Assembly: GCA_963773355.1 (NCBI GenBank)
Contig: CAVZAZ010000019.1
Location: 282 to 64,281 of the forward strand
DNA length: 64,000 nucleotides
Direction of reading: 5' to 3'
Source: an uncultured Actinomycetota bacterium
GTDB lineage: Bacteria > Actinomycetota > Actinomycetes > Propionibacteriales > Nocardioidaceae
Every line of letters starts with the position of its first letter. The stretch's first letter is position 1. The notes under the pieces are model-generated. The model was not told where the DNA came from. It searched no databases and saw nothing but the letters and a program-made list of their open reading frames with translations. This document shows positions 1 through 10,418 of the stretch, piece by piece. The translations under genes and the position numbers were made by a program.

Positions 1-1380
1 CTGGGCGAAGTCGTCGACGGGCTCCGCGCCGACCGACACGACGAGCCCGCCGTCGCGGCCCTCAAGGGCTCGGCCCGGATGGCCGAGCTGATGCGGCGGA
101 CCGCGCGCCAGCAGGCGCCCGGCAGCCCCACCCAGTTCCGGATCTTCTGGCGCGACGACACGATCGTGCTCGACCGCGGGATCCTGGGCCGGCTGCGTCG
201 ACAGCTCATGTCTCACGGCCGCCGGAACCGGCAGCTGCCGCGGGTCGCCTCGACGCTCCTTGACGCGATGTGGCGGCAGGTCACGGGGGAGCGCGGTCGC
301 GATCGGGGTCGCGAAGCCTTCAACGACGAGATGTTGTCCAACCAGGCCTTCGTCGACTTCGCGATCGAGTGGTGGCCGCCCCTGGACGCCCCGCAGGTCC
401 TCGAGTGGCTGCGCGACCCGGACTTCCTGGCCCGGGTCGCCGAGGGTGTCGTGAGCGCGGAGGACCAGCGGCTGCTGGCCAAGTCCTGGGGCGGGGACGG
501 ACCGCTGTCCGTGGAGGACGTGCCCCTGCTCGACGAGCTGCGCTACGCCCTCGGTGACGTCCCGGCCCGGCACGAGGACGACCACTCGCTCGACGACCAC
601 GTGGGTGCCGACCTGGTCGAGCTGACCACGGCCGCCGACCGCGAGTACGCCCCGTCGGGCAGGGCCTGGTCGCCGCCGACTCACCGGATCGAGGACGACA
701 GCTACGCCCACGTGCTCGTCGACGAGGCGCAGGACCTGACCCCGATGCAGTGGCGGATGCTCGGCCGCCGCGGCCGCGCCGCCTCCTGGACGATCGTCGG
801 GGACCCTGCCCAGTCGTCGTGGCCGGTGCCGGAGGAGTCCGCAGCCGACCGGGCCGCAGCCCTGGAGGGCAAGGACCTCCACGAGTTCCACCTGTCCACG
901 AACTACCGGAACTCCTCGGAGATCTACGCATACGCCGCGGCGTACGCCGCCCGGGTCGGTCTCGACGCCGACCTGCCCACGGCCGTCCGGTCGACCGGCG
1001 CGAGCCCCACCGTTCTGACGGGGGTGGGTGACCTGGAGTCGACCACCCGGGAGGCCGTGGCCGGGATGGCCCGGGAGGTGGCCGGCACGGTCGGGATCGT
1101 CGTACCCGTGGCGCGTCGCTCGGAGGTCAACTCCTGGCTCGCATCCTGGCCGGAGCTGGCCGCCGACGCACCAGGCGCGCGCGCCGCCGTCGACTCGAAC
1201 ACCTCGCCATCCGGGGACGACCGGGTCGTGGTCCTCACCGGACTCGACACCAAGGGCTTGGAGTTCGACGGGATCGTCGTGGTCGCTCCGCAGGAGATCG
1301 AGGACGAGTCCGCCACCGGCCGGGCCACCCTCTACGTCGTGCTCACCCGCGCCACCCAGCTCCTCACCACCATCTCCTGA
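1..1380 (+). CDS. helD: HelD-family (SF1/UvrD-like) RNA-polymerase-associated ATPase, 5' truncated by the window edge
   Basis: SF1 motifs HVLVDEAQDLTPMQW, TIVGDPAQSS, LSTNYRNS, TKGLEFDGIVV, LYVVLTRATQ; the frame is open from position 1. Confidence 0.75.
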   Translation: MGEVVDGLRADRHDEPAVAALKGSARMAELMRRTARQQAPGSPTQFRIFWRDDTIVLDRGILGRLRRQLMSHGRRNRQLPRVASTLLDAMWRQVTGERGRDRGREAFNDEMLSNQAFVDFAIEWWPPLDAPQVLEWLRDPDFLARVAEGVVSAEDQRLLAKSWGGDGPLSVEDVPLLDELRYALGDVPARHEDDHSLDDHVGADLVELTTAADREYAPSGRAWSPPTHRIEDDSYAHVLVDEAQDLTPMQWRMLGRRGRAASWTIVGDPAQSSWPVPEESAADRAAALEGKDLHEFHLSTNYRNSSEIYAYAAAYAARVGLDADLPTAVRSTGASPTVLTGVGDLESTTREAVAGMAREVAGTVGIVVPVARRSEVNSWLASWPELAADAPGARAAVDSNTSPSGDDRVVVLTGLDTKGLEFDGIVVVAPQEIEDESATGRATLYVVLTRATQLLTTIS

Positions 1381-1546
1381 CGCCGACCCGGCGTGAGTTG
1401 TCACCTCATCTGCGCCGACCCGGCGTGAGTTGTCACGCGTGGTGCCAACTGGCGCCGGGTCGGCGGGTGTCGGCACTGGCGCGGTGGGACGGCAACTGGC
1501 GCCGGGTCGGCGGGTGTGGGACGGCAACTGGCGCCGGGTCGGCGGG
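1381..1546. repeat. Cluster of REP-like intergenic repeats (2 direct + 3 inverted copies)
   Basis: cgccgacccggcgtgagttgtcac at 1381-1404 and 1413-1436; related reverse-complement unit caactggcgccgggtcggcggg at 1446, 1493 and 1525. Confidence 0.85.
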
Positions 1547-1562
1547 AAGTAGGGTTTCGGCC

Positions 1563-3494
1563 ATGTCCGCCGACGATGCCCGGGCCGCGATCGAGGAGAT
1601 TCAGCGGCACGAGGCGTGGGCGATCATCCGGCGCTCGACCCGGGCGGGTGACCGGGACACGGTGGGGCTCGTCGGAGGTCGGCGCAGCGAGGTGGCGTCG
1701 GTCCTCGACGTCCCGCTCGAAGACGGCCGGCCGCAGCCCGGCCACATCGCCGACCGCCTGCTGGCGATCCCGTTCCGGCAAGTAGCCGAGCGTGGCTTCG
1801 AGGCCCACGACGACGGCTGCCCGCTGGTCGTGGTGGACGTCGAGACCGAGCAGGAGTTCTCGGTCGCCGACGTGATCGAGGCGATCAGTGACACCGACGT
1901 GGAGTTCGCCGACCGGGGCGGCTTCGAGACCGACGACGCGACGTACGCCGACCTCGTCGGCAAGATCATCCGCGACGAGATCGGCCAGGGTGAGGGCGCC
2001 AACCTGGTGATCGGCCGTCACTACCGGGCCACGCTGGCCGACTGGGGGCACGACAAGGCACTGGCCGTGCTCCGCAGCCTGTTCGAGCGCGAGCGCGGCG
2101 CCTACTGGACCTTCCTGTTCTTCACCGGGGACCGTTACCTGATCGGCGCCAGCCCGGAGCGGCACGTCACCGTGCACGGCGGTGACGTCCGGATGAACCC
2201 GATCAGCGGCACGTTCCGCGTGTCCTCCGGCGCCCCCGGCGGTGAGGCCGGCGACCTGAAGGAAAGGCTGCTGGAGTTCCTCCGCGACGAGAAGGAGATC
2301 TACGAGCTCTTCATGGTGGTCGACGAAGAGCTGAAGATGATGTGCGACATCTGCCACGAGGGCGGCCAGGTCCTGGGCCCGTTCCTCAAGCCGATGACCC
2401 ACCTCGTGCACACGGAGTACCTGCTCGCCGGCCGCACCAGTCGTGACCCGCGCGAGGTCCTGCGGGACACGATGTACGCCGCCACGGTCACCGGCAGCCC
2501 GGTCGAGAACGCCTGTCGCCTGATCAAGCGCTACGAGCCCGAAGGGCGGGGCTACTACGGGGCCGCGCTCGCCATCCTCGGCCGCGACGAGACCGGCGGC
2601 CCGGTCGTCGACAGCCCGATCGTGATCCGCACCGCGGACGTCTCGCTGGACGGCCGGCTGACGGTGACGGCCGGGGCGACTCTGGTGCGCGACTCGGACC
2701 CGGCGTACGAGGTTGCCGAGACCCACGCCAAAGCCGGCGGCATCCTGTCCGCCTTCGGCCTGGTGCCGCCCGCGCCGCGCCCGGAGGTGGACATGACGGA
2801 GCTGGTGAGCGACGAGGACGTGCTGATCCAGCTCAACGCCCGCAACCGCAGGCTCAGCACGTTCTGGCTCACCGACCAGGCGGACTCCGCCCCGGACCCG
2901 TCGCTCAAGGGCAAGTCGGCGGTGATCCTCGACGGTGAGGACGACTTCGTGAACATGCTTCGCCACGTGCTCGGCGTCCTCGGCATGTCGAGCACGGTCG
3001 TGCGGCACGACGCGTACGCCGAAGGAGACCTCGACGGCCACGATCTGGTGATCGTCGGCCCCGGCCCGGGCGACCCGCGGGACGCGGAGGACCCGAAGAT
3101 CGCGACGATCCGGGGAGCGGTGGACCGGTTGCTGGAGCAGGAGCAGCCGTTCCTGGCCGTGTGCCTGGGCCATCAGGCCCTCTGCCATCTGCTCGGGATC
3201 CCACTGGCCTTCAAGGACATCGTGTTCCAGGGCACGCAGTCGCCGGTGTCGATCGCCGGCAGAACCGAGCGGGTGGGCTTCTACAACACCTTCGTCGGGC
3301 GAGTGCCTGCGACCGGTTCGCCGGCAGAGCCGCTACCGGACGGCGTCCACGTCGAGGCCGACCCCGCGACCGGCGACATCCACGTCGTCCGGGGCCCGCA
3401 CTACCGAGGCATCCAGTTCCACGCCGAGTCGATCCTGACCGAGCACGGCTACGACCTGATCCACGACCTGGTCCGGGACCTGCTCGTCTCCTGA
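1563..3494 (+). CDS. Fused chorismate-binding + glutamine amidotransferase protein (PhzE/ADIC synthase-like anthranilate synthase family)
   Basis: GASPERHV, MNPISGTF, ELFMVVDEELKMM, TVTGSPVENAC; C-terminal GATase GPGPGDP, AVCLGHQ, QFHAES; TAGGGT 7 nt before ATG 1563. Confidence 0.85.
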   Translation: MSADDARAAIEEIQRHEAWAIIRRSTRAGDRDTVGLVGGRRSEVASVLDVPLEDGRPQPGHIADRLLAIPFRQVAERGFEAHDDGCPLVVVDVETEQEFSVADVIEAISDTDVEFADRGGFETDDATYADLVGKIIRDEIGQGEGANLVIGRHYRATLADWGHDKALAVLRSLFERERGAYWTFLFFTGDRYLIGASPERHVTVHGGDVRMNPISGTFRVSSGAPGGEAGDLKERLLEFLRDEKEIYELFMVVDEELKMMCDICHEGGQVLGPFLKPMTHLVHTEYLLAGRTSRDPREVLRDTMYAATVTGSPVENACRLIKRYEPEGRGYYGAALAILGRDETGGPVVDSPIVIRTADVSLDGRLTVTAGATLVRDSDPAYEVAETHAKAGGILSAFGLVPPAPRPEVDMTELVSDEDVLIQLNARNRRLSTFWLTDQADSAPDPSLKGKSAVILDGEDDFVNMLRHVLGVLGMSSTVVRHDAYAEGDLDGHDLVIVGPGPGDPRDAEDPKIATIRGAVDRLLEQEQPFLAVCLGHQALCHLLGIPLAFKDIVFQGTQSPVSIAGRTERVGFYNTFVGRVPATGSPAEPLPDGVHVEADPATGDIHVVRGPHYRGIQFHAESILTEHGYDLIHDLVRDLLVS

Positions 3495-3656
3495 CCAGTG
3501 CGGCTTCTCGTGCGAACTTTCTGAACCACTGCTTCGCGGTCGGGGGCAACCAAACCACGACTTCGCGCGTCTTCCAGACAGCGGCGTCTCACGGATCTAT
3601 TTTGGAGGCGCGGCAGGCGGGCCATTCGGTCCGACGTGAGCGGATACGGGGGACGT

Positions 3657-5336
3657 ATGCGTCGCATGACCGTGACCTTGGCCGGACTGGCACTGATCGC
3701 GGGCTGCAGCGCGCCGGTCCAGCAGTTCCACGACCAGGCCACTTCCGTGGAGCAGACTCCCCAGAGCGTGGTCGAGTCCACCCTGATCGGGGCCGCTCGC
3801 CCGAACATCGTGCTGGTGCTCATGGACGACTTCTCGATGGACCTGCTCCGCTCCATGCAGCACGCCCGGTCCATGGGCAAGACGGGTGCTTCCTACTCGC
3901 ACGCGTACGTCGTGGACTCGCTGTGCTGCGTCTCCCGCACCAGCCTGGCCACCGGCCAGTACCCACACCAGACCGGCGTCTTGACCAACACCGCCAACAC
4001 CCCGAACTCGGTCGGTCCGATCGGAGGGTGGGAGGCGTTCCGGGCCTACGGCAACGCCCGGCGCAGTGTCAACGTCCGGCTGCAGAAGGCCGGCTACACG
4101 ACCGGGCTCGTGGGCAAGTTCCTCAACCAGTACGAGCCCGCGCCCGGCACCACCCCTCTGGTGCCGCCCGGGTGGTCGCACTGGCGTCCCGTCTTCTCCT
4201 CCGCCTACGACGGATGGGACTTCGAGAGCGTCGTCGTGGAGGACGGGAAGGCGACGATCCGCCATCATCCGGCCCCGCCGCCGGAGGCGAGCACTCGCGA
4301 GAAGGACGCGGCCTACGTCGGCACCCACATCGAGGACGAGGCGCTGCGATTCCTCCGCCAGCACCGGGGCGACCGGGCGCCGTACTTCCTCCAGGTCGCG
4401 CCCTTCGCCCCGCACTCGCGCGTGGTCCGGGACGGGCACTACCCCACCGACCCGAGGTTCCCGCCGGCGTTCCGCGACCGGGGCGGCGTCGACACCTGCG
4501 GTCCCGTCCCGTGCCCGTCGATCGGCTCCGACGACCTGCCCGGCCGAGGCGACGACCTGACCGACAACGCGCCGCGCCACCGCGACGGCAGCGTGGCTGA
4601 CCAGTGGCGGACCTACCCCTACACCCTGACGCACGAGCAGGAGGCAACCCGGATCCGGAGCCGGGCCCGGATGGTGCAGTCGGTCGACCGGATGCTCGGG
4701 CGGATCCTGCGCACGGTCGACGACAACACCTACGTCGTGCTGACCTCGGACAACGGCTTCCACGTCGGCCAGCACGGACTGGGCTCCGGGAAGGGCACTC
4801 CGTTCGACTCCGACGTGCACGTGCCGCTCCTGGTCGTCGGGCCCGGAGTCGAGAAGGGGACCCGCGACGAGGTGGTGTCCAACCTCGACCTCGCCTCGAC
4901 GTTCGAAGAGCTGGCCGGCCTGCCGTCGCCGCCGTACCGCTCCGGGATGTCGCTGGTCCCGACCTTCGGTGATGCCGGCGTGAACCGTCGTCACCTCACG
5001 TTCTTCGAGCACACCTACGCCCCCTCGCTCGGGTTCGACCCGGACGCGGCGTACGCCGGGGGCAGCATGGACCTGATCCCCTCCTACGTCGCGGTGCGCA
5101 GCCGCACCGCGCTGCTCGTCCGTCTCGACCTCGACCCGTCGTGGGACGGCGTCGAGAATGCTTGGGAGTTCTACGACTACACCGACGTGGGCTGGGAGCG
5201 GAGGAACGAGTACGGCGAACCCGAGCACGCCGACCAGATCGAGCGGCTCACCCAGAAGCTCAGGAAGTTCGAGCGGTGCTCCGATTTCATCCAGGGCGAT
5301 GTCGTGCCGGAACGGTGCCGGCGTTTGACGCAGTAG
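3657..5336 (+). CDS. Lipoprotein sulfatase (N-acetylglucosamine-6-sulfatase-like)
   Basis: Lipobox LIAGC; PNIVLVLMDD, CCVSRTSLATG, GKFLN, TSDNGFH, NLDLASTF. Confidence 0.85.
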   Translation: MRRMTVTLAGLALIAGCSAPVQQFHDQATSVEQTPQSVVESTLIGAARPNIVLVLMDDFSMDLLRSMQHARSMGKTGASYSHAYVVDSLCCVSRTSLATGQYPHQTGVLTNTANTPNSVGPIGGWEAFRAYGNARRSVNVRLQKAGYTTGLVGKFLNQYEPAPGTTPLVPPGWSHWRPVFSSAYDGWDFESVVVEDGKATIRHHPAPPPEASTREKDAAYVGTHIEDEALRFLRQHRGDRAPYFLQVAPFAPHSRVVRDGHYPTDPRFPPAFRDRGGVDTCGPVPCPSIGSDDLPGRGDDLTDNAPRHRDGSVADQWRTYPYTLTHEQEATRIRSRARMVQSVDRMLGRILRTVDDNTYVVLTSDNGFHVGQHGLGSGKGTPFDSDVHVPLLVVGPGVEKGTRDEVVSNLDLASTFEELAGLPSPPYRSGMSLVPTFGDAGVNRRHLTFFEHTYAPSLGFDPDAAYAGGSMDLIPSYVAVRSRTALLVRLDLDPSWDGVENAWEFYDYTDVGWERRNEYGEPEHADQIERLTQKLRKFERCSDFIQGDVVPERCRRLTQ

Positions 5337-5345
5337 GTTGAGCCG

Positions 5346-5966
5346 GTGCCCGCACCGGTCCCCGGAGACGACTCAGGACCTGCCCCCGGACAGGACGTGG
5401 TCGTCGTGGACCACCACGACTCCTACACCTGGAACCTGGTCCACCTGATCGCCTCGGTCACCGGTGACCTGCCGCGAGTGGTTCAGCACGACGAGGTCAC
5501 GGCGGCCGACGTCCTGGAGCACGAGTACGTCGTCCTGTCACCGGGGCCCGGCCATCCCGACCAGGTCGGTGACTTCGCGGTGGGACGGGAGGTGCTGCGG
5601 GCCGGGACTCGTCCGGTGCTCGGCGTCTGCCTCGGGATGCAGGGGCTGGTGTCGGCGTACGGCGGCCGCGTGGACCGCGCGATCCCGGCCCACGGCGAGG
5701 TCTCGCTCATCACCCACGACGGTGACGGTCTCTTCAGCGGACTGCCCCAGGAGTTCAAGGCGGTGCGCTATCACTCACTGGCCGCCCTCGACCTCCCGGA
5801 CTCTCTCGTCGCGACGGCGTGGTGTCCAGGGGCCGACGGATCACCGCCCGTCGTGATGGGCGTGCGGCACTCGTCCCTGCCACTGTCCGGCGTCCAGTTC
5901 CATCCCGAGTCGATCCTCTCCGAGCACGGCCGGGCGCTGGTCGCCAACTTCCTGGAGGGGGCGTGA
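5346..5966 (+). CDS. pabA: Aminodeoxychorismate/anthranilate synthase component II (glutamine amidotransferase)
   Basis: DHHDSYTWNL, SPGPGHP, GVCLGMQ, RYHSL, QFHPESIL; stop overlaps the start of the pabB-like gene. Confidence 0.85.
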   Translation: MPAPVPGDDSGPAPGQDVVVVDHHDSYTWNLVHLIASVTGDLPRVVQHDEVTAADVLEHEYVVLSPGPGHPDQVGDFAVGREVLRAGTRPVLGVCLGMQGLVSAYGGRVDRAIPAHGEVSLITHDGDGLFSGLPQEFKAVRYHSLAALDLPDSLVATAWCPGADGSPPVVMGVRHSSLPLSGVQFHPESILSEHGRALVANFLEGA

Positions 5967-7347
5967 AGGATCCCGTCGCGGCGTTCGCGTCGGTCGCGGC
6001 CACACACCGGCGCTGCTTCTGGCTCGACGGCGGCGGGGCTCGGGAGTGGTCGGGCCGCCGGTCGATCATCGGCTGGCTCGATGACGACGACGTGTCCCTG
6101 ACGTACGACGCGGCGAGCGGCGAGGTGGTCCGGCACACGTCGGGCCGTGCGGAGCCCGTAGGCGACGACGTCTTCGCCGTGCTGGAGCAGGAGCTGGCCT
6201 CCGGCCGACCGACCGACCAGTGGTTCGGCTACTTCGGCTACGCGGCGCGCCCGGACCTCCCCGCCGCGACCGGCTCCGGTCTCCCCGACGCCGTCTGGAT
6301 GCGGGCCCGGCACGTCCAGATGTTCGATCACCCCGCCCCTGCCGAGGCGGGGGACGGCCCCCACCCGGCCACGGCCGCTGGGTCGGCCCCGGGCGGGGAG
6401 GGACCGGGGCCTACCAGCCTCCGCTCGTTCCTCGCTCCGGCGGCCAGGCCCAACCACGGTCCCGGTCCTCCCCGCCCGGAACCTCCCGGGCTGCGTCCGG
6501 GCGGGAGCCGTCCCGCGACTACTCCCGCGCCTTTGCCCGCGTCCAGGAACATCTGCACGCCGGCAACTCGTACGAGGTGAACCTGACCTATCGGCTGGCG
6601 GCGCCCGGAGAGCTCGATCCGCCGACGGCGTACCTCCGGCTGCGGGACCTCAACCCGGCGCCGTACGCCGGATTCCTCCAGCACGACCTGCCGGGACACC
6701 GGGCCTGGTTGCTCAGCTCGTCGCCGGAGCGCTACGCGCTGGTCGATGCGGAGCGGATGATCGAGACCAAGCCGATCAAGGGCACCACCCCGCGCGGGGA
6801 CACCCCCGAGGAGGACGCCGGGCTGCGCGAGCGGCTGGCGTCGGAGCCGAAGTTCCGGGCCGAGAACCTGATGATCGTCGACCTCCTGCGCAACGACCTG
6901 GCGATGGTGTGCGAGCCGGGCACCGTCGAGGTGCCGTCGCTGATGGCCGTCGAGTCCTACCCGAGCGTGCACCAGCTCGTCTCGACCGTGCGCGGCCGAC
7001 TGCGGGACGACGTGACGACGGTCGGGGCGCTACGCGCCCTGTTCCCGGCCGGCTCGATGACCGGGGCACCGAAGCTGCGCACGATGCAGATCATCGACGA
7101 GGTCGAGGCCTCGCCGCGCGGGCCGTACTCCGGTGCTTTCGGCTGGATCGCGGCCGACGGACGCGCGGACCTCGGCGTGATCATCAGGTCCCTGGTGACC
7201 GACGGCGATGGCTACGTCCTGGGCACCGGCGGCGGGATCACGGTGCTCTCCGACCTCGAGGACGAGTACGCCGAGTCCCGATGGAAGGCGGAACGGCTGC
7301 TGCAGGCACTGGATCCGGGCCAGCGGTCCGCACCCCGCTCGCGCTGA
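5963..7347 (+). CDS. pabB: Aminodeoxychorismate synthase component I; one frameshift in the linker (~6330-6510)
   Basis: N-half CFWLDG...WFGYFGY (frame of ORF 5819); C-half SYEVNLT, SSPERY, KPIKGT, AENLMIVDLLRNDL, GSMTGAPK (frame of ORF 6220). Confidence 0.8.
6389..6479. repeat. Palindromic element inside the pabB coding region
   Basis: Arms ccgggcggggagggaccggggcc (6389-6411) and ggtcccggtcctccccgcccgg (6458-6479) around a cgctcgttcctcgct core. Confidence 0.75.
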
Positions 7348-7363
7348 CGGGGCGGCTCGGCCG

Positions 7364-8799
7364 TCAGGTGGAGACGATGTCTGCGTCCTCGTCGGTCCGG
7401 GCAGGTGGCGCGGAGGTGCCGGGAATCCGGACCACCAGGCGGCCACCGCCCGAGGGCGCGGACTCCACCGCGACCGTCCCGGCGTGCCGCTCGACGACCT
7501 GACGCACGATCGACAGGCCCAGGCCCGAGCCGGGCATGGACCGCGACTCCTCGGCGCGGTAGAAGCGGTCGAAGACGTGTGGCCGGTCGGCCTCGGCGAT
7601 CCCGGCGCCCTGGTCGTCGACGGTCAGCGCGCCGTCGGCGACGCGCACGGTGACGACACCGTCGGTGGGGCTCCACTTGGCGGCGTTGTCGAGCAGGTTG
7701 GTGACGGCCCGCTCGAGGGCGGAGGCTTCCCCGATCACCCACCAGGGCGAGGCCTCCACGTCGAAGGTGATGCCCGGCGCGCGTCGACGTACCCGGGTCA
7801 GGGCGCGGTCGACGACCTCGGCCAGGTCCACCGGCTCGACGTGGTGGGTCAGCGGCTCGTCGCGGGCCAGCTCGACCAGGTCACCGATCAACGTGGTGAG
7901 CTCCTCGATCTGGGCGCGTACGTCGGCGAGCAGCTCCGTGCGAGCCTCCGCTGGCAGCCCGCCGGATCCGTCGGCCTGGGACAGCAGGTCGAGGTTGGTC
8001 CGCAGCGACGTGAGCGGGGTCCGCAGCTCGTGGCCCGCGTCTGCGACCAGCCGGCGCTGCCGGTCCCGGGAGGCGGCGAGCGCGGTGAGCATCTGGTTGA
8101 ACGCGCTGGCGAGCCGGGCGATCTCGTCGTCACCCTCGACGGGCAGAGGGGTGAGGTCCTCGGTGCGGGCGATGTCCTCGACGGCGGCGGTGAGCCGGCG
8201 GACCGGTCGCAGACCGTTGCGGGCCACCGCCCAGCCGGCCACACCGGCGGCGATCACGCCGGCCAGTCCGAAGAGGAGCATCACGACGCCCAGCCGGCTC
8301 AGGGTGCGTTCCTGGGACTCCAGGGACTGGGCCAGCACCAGGGCCTGGCCCGTCCGCTGCGGGCACGCTCACCACCCGGTAGCGGGTGCCCTCCGCGGAG
8401 ATGGTGCGGATGCTGTAGTCGTCCTGCGCCCGCCGCCACGTCCAGCTCGGGCTCGCCGAGCCGCAGCAACGGCCCCCGGTCCGGGGCGTAGTAGGAGTGG
8501 TCGGAGGTGACGAACATGATCCGGATGTCCGCCGCGCCGAGCGCCCACGACGGCACCTCGTAGTTGGTCGGCAGCTTCTTGAGCGCGGGGTACTCCGCGG
8601 CGTCGTGGGCACGGTCGAGCAGGTAGTCGTCGAGCGAGGACTGCAGCTGCATCCGCACCGTGACGTAGGCGCCGATCGACACGAAGGCCACGGCCAGGCC
8701 GACCGCAATCGTCGTGAGCAGGATGACCCGGCTGGCCAGCGAGCGCCGGTACTGCCACGGTCGGACGTCGGTGCGGAACGGACCAAGGGTGTTGGTCAT
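7364..8799 (-). CDS. mprB: MprB-like HAMP sensor histidine kinase (indels ~8340-8430)
   Basis: Two TM segments, HAMP domain, [15 protein letters not shown]-box, [20 protein letters not shown]; split across ORFs 8299..8799 and 7364..8338. Confidence 0.8.
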
Positions 8800-9503
8800 G
8801 ACTCCTGCTTGAGCACGTAGCCCACGCCCCGCACGGTGTGGATCAGCCGCGGCTCACCTTCGGCCTCGGTCTTGCGCCGGACGTACCCGACGTACACCTC
8901 GAGCGAGTTGGCCGTGGTGGGGAAGTCGTAGCCCCAGACCTCCTCGAGGATGAAGGAGCGCTCCAGCACGCGGCGCGGGCGGCGGAGGAACATCTCGAGC
9001 AGGGTGAACTCGGTGCGGGTCAGCTCGACCAGCCGGTCGCCGCGCCGGACCTCGCGGGTCGCGATGTCCATGGACAGGTCGGCGAAGGTCAGGGTCTCGT
9101 CGAGGGCATCCTCGTCGGGGACGACGCGTCGCAGCAGCGCCCGGAGCCGGGCCAGTAGCTCCTGCAGCGCGAACGGCTTGGTCAGGTAGTCGTCGGCCCC
9201 CGCGTCCAGGCCGTCGACCCGGTCGCCGACCGCGTCGCGGGCGGTGAGGACGATGATCGGGACGTCGTTGCCGGCGCTGCGCAGGGCCTTGGTGGCCTCG
9301 ATGCCGTCCAGCCGGGGCATCATCACGTCCATCACCACGACGTCCGGGTCGACGCTCGCGATCGTGGCCAGGGCCTCCGCCCCGTCGGCGGCCATCTTGA
9401 CGTCGTACCCGTTGAACTCCAGCGACCGGCGCAGCGACTCCCGCACGGCCTTGTCGTCGTCGACGACGAGCACGCGCGGCTTCGGCAGAGATGGCGCAGA
9501 CAC
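8796..9503 (-). CDS. mprA: OmpR-family response regulator, MprA type
   Basis: [59 protein letters not shown] closely match mycobacterial MprA. Confidence 0.85.
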   Translation of the reverse strand: MSAPSLPKPRVLVVDDDKAVRESLRRSLEFNGYDVKMAADGAEALATIASVDPDVVVMDVMMPRLDGIEATKALRSAGNDVPIIVLTARDAVGDRVDGLDAGADDYLTKPFALQELLARLRALLRRVVPDEDALDETLTFADLSMDIATREVRRGDRLVELTRTEFTLLEMFLRRPRRVLERSFILEEVWGYDFPTTANSLEVYVGYVRRKTEAEGEPRLIHTVRGVGYVLKQES

Positions 9504-9557
9504 GCACCTACTCTGCCAGCAGAGCCTGAGTTCGCCCTGAGAACCAGCCTCGTTGCG

Positions 9558-10418
9558 TCAGGCGTGCCGCTCGGCGATGGCGGCCGCACGGGCGGCGTAG
9601 CCGCCGCCGAACATGCAGGCGTGCACGAGCAGCGGGAAGAGCTGGTGCAGGCCGAGCCGCTCCTCCCAGCCGTCGGCGAGCGGGTGCGGCCTCGGCGTAG
9701 GCGTCCATCACCCTGCGGCAGGTGCGGGAGCCCGAAGAGGGACAGCATCGCCAGGTCGGCCTCGCGGTGGCCGCCGTACGCCGCCGGGTCGATCACCCGG
9801 ATCACGCCGTCGAGGCTCCACAGCACGTTGCCGTTCCACAGGTCGCCGTGCAGGCGGGACGGCGGCTCCTCGGGCAGCAGGTCGGCGAAGCGGCCGATGA
9901 CCGCCTCGATCGCGTCCGCCTCCGTCTCGGAGGCGGCGCCGCGGTCCCGCGCGAGCTTGAGGTACGGCAAGCACCCGGCGGGTCGCGTAGAACTCCGCCC
10001 ACGTCGGCGCTGTCTTGTTCGGCAACGGCAGCCGGCCGATGAAGCCGTCGTCGTCGAGCCCGTACGACGGCGCGCCGGCCAGGTGCGTCGCGGCCAGTGC
10101 CTGGCCGAAGGACACCGCGGCGTCGACGGTGCTCTTCCCGGGCTCGACCCAGCGCAGGATCAGGCACTCGTGGTCGCCCCCGAGCACCTCGGGTACGGCG
10201 ACCCCACCGGCCTCCGCGAGCCAGCGCAGGCCGCGTGCCTCGGCGTCGAAGAACCCCTCAGGCGCCTGGTGGTGGGTCTTGACCAGGGCGGTGGTGCCGT
10301 CGCTCAGCCTGATCCGGGTGGCCGTCGAGATGTCGCCGCCGGCCACCGGCGCCGTGGCCACCACCGAGGACCCCAACAGCTCCTCCGCCCGCTTGGCGAC
10401 GTACGGCAGCCGGGTCAT
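9558..10418 (-). CDS. Fructosamine/ketosamine-3-kinase family protein (frameshifted)
   Basis: FDAEARGLRWLAE, PSRLHGDLWNGN, IDPAAYGGHREADLAML spread over several frames. Confidence 0.8.

Noticed and set aside
1-1380. Rifamycin-resistance HelR or a defence helicase
   Set aside because: The 5' end and promoter (RAE element) are outside the window and there are no defence neighbours; only family-level HelD is supportable
1381-1546. Possible CRISPR array
   Set aside because: Repeats are in mixed orientation with very short, irregular spacers, and there are no cas genes
1563-7347. Phenazine or other secondary-metabolite cluster
   Set aside because: No phzA/B, D, F, G, NRPS/PKS or tailoring genes in the window
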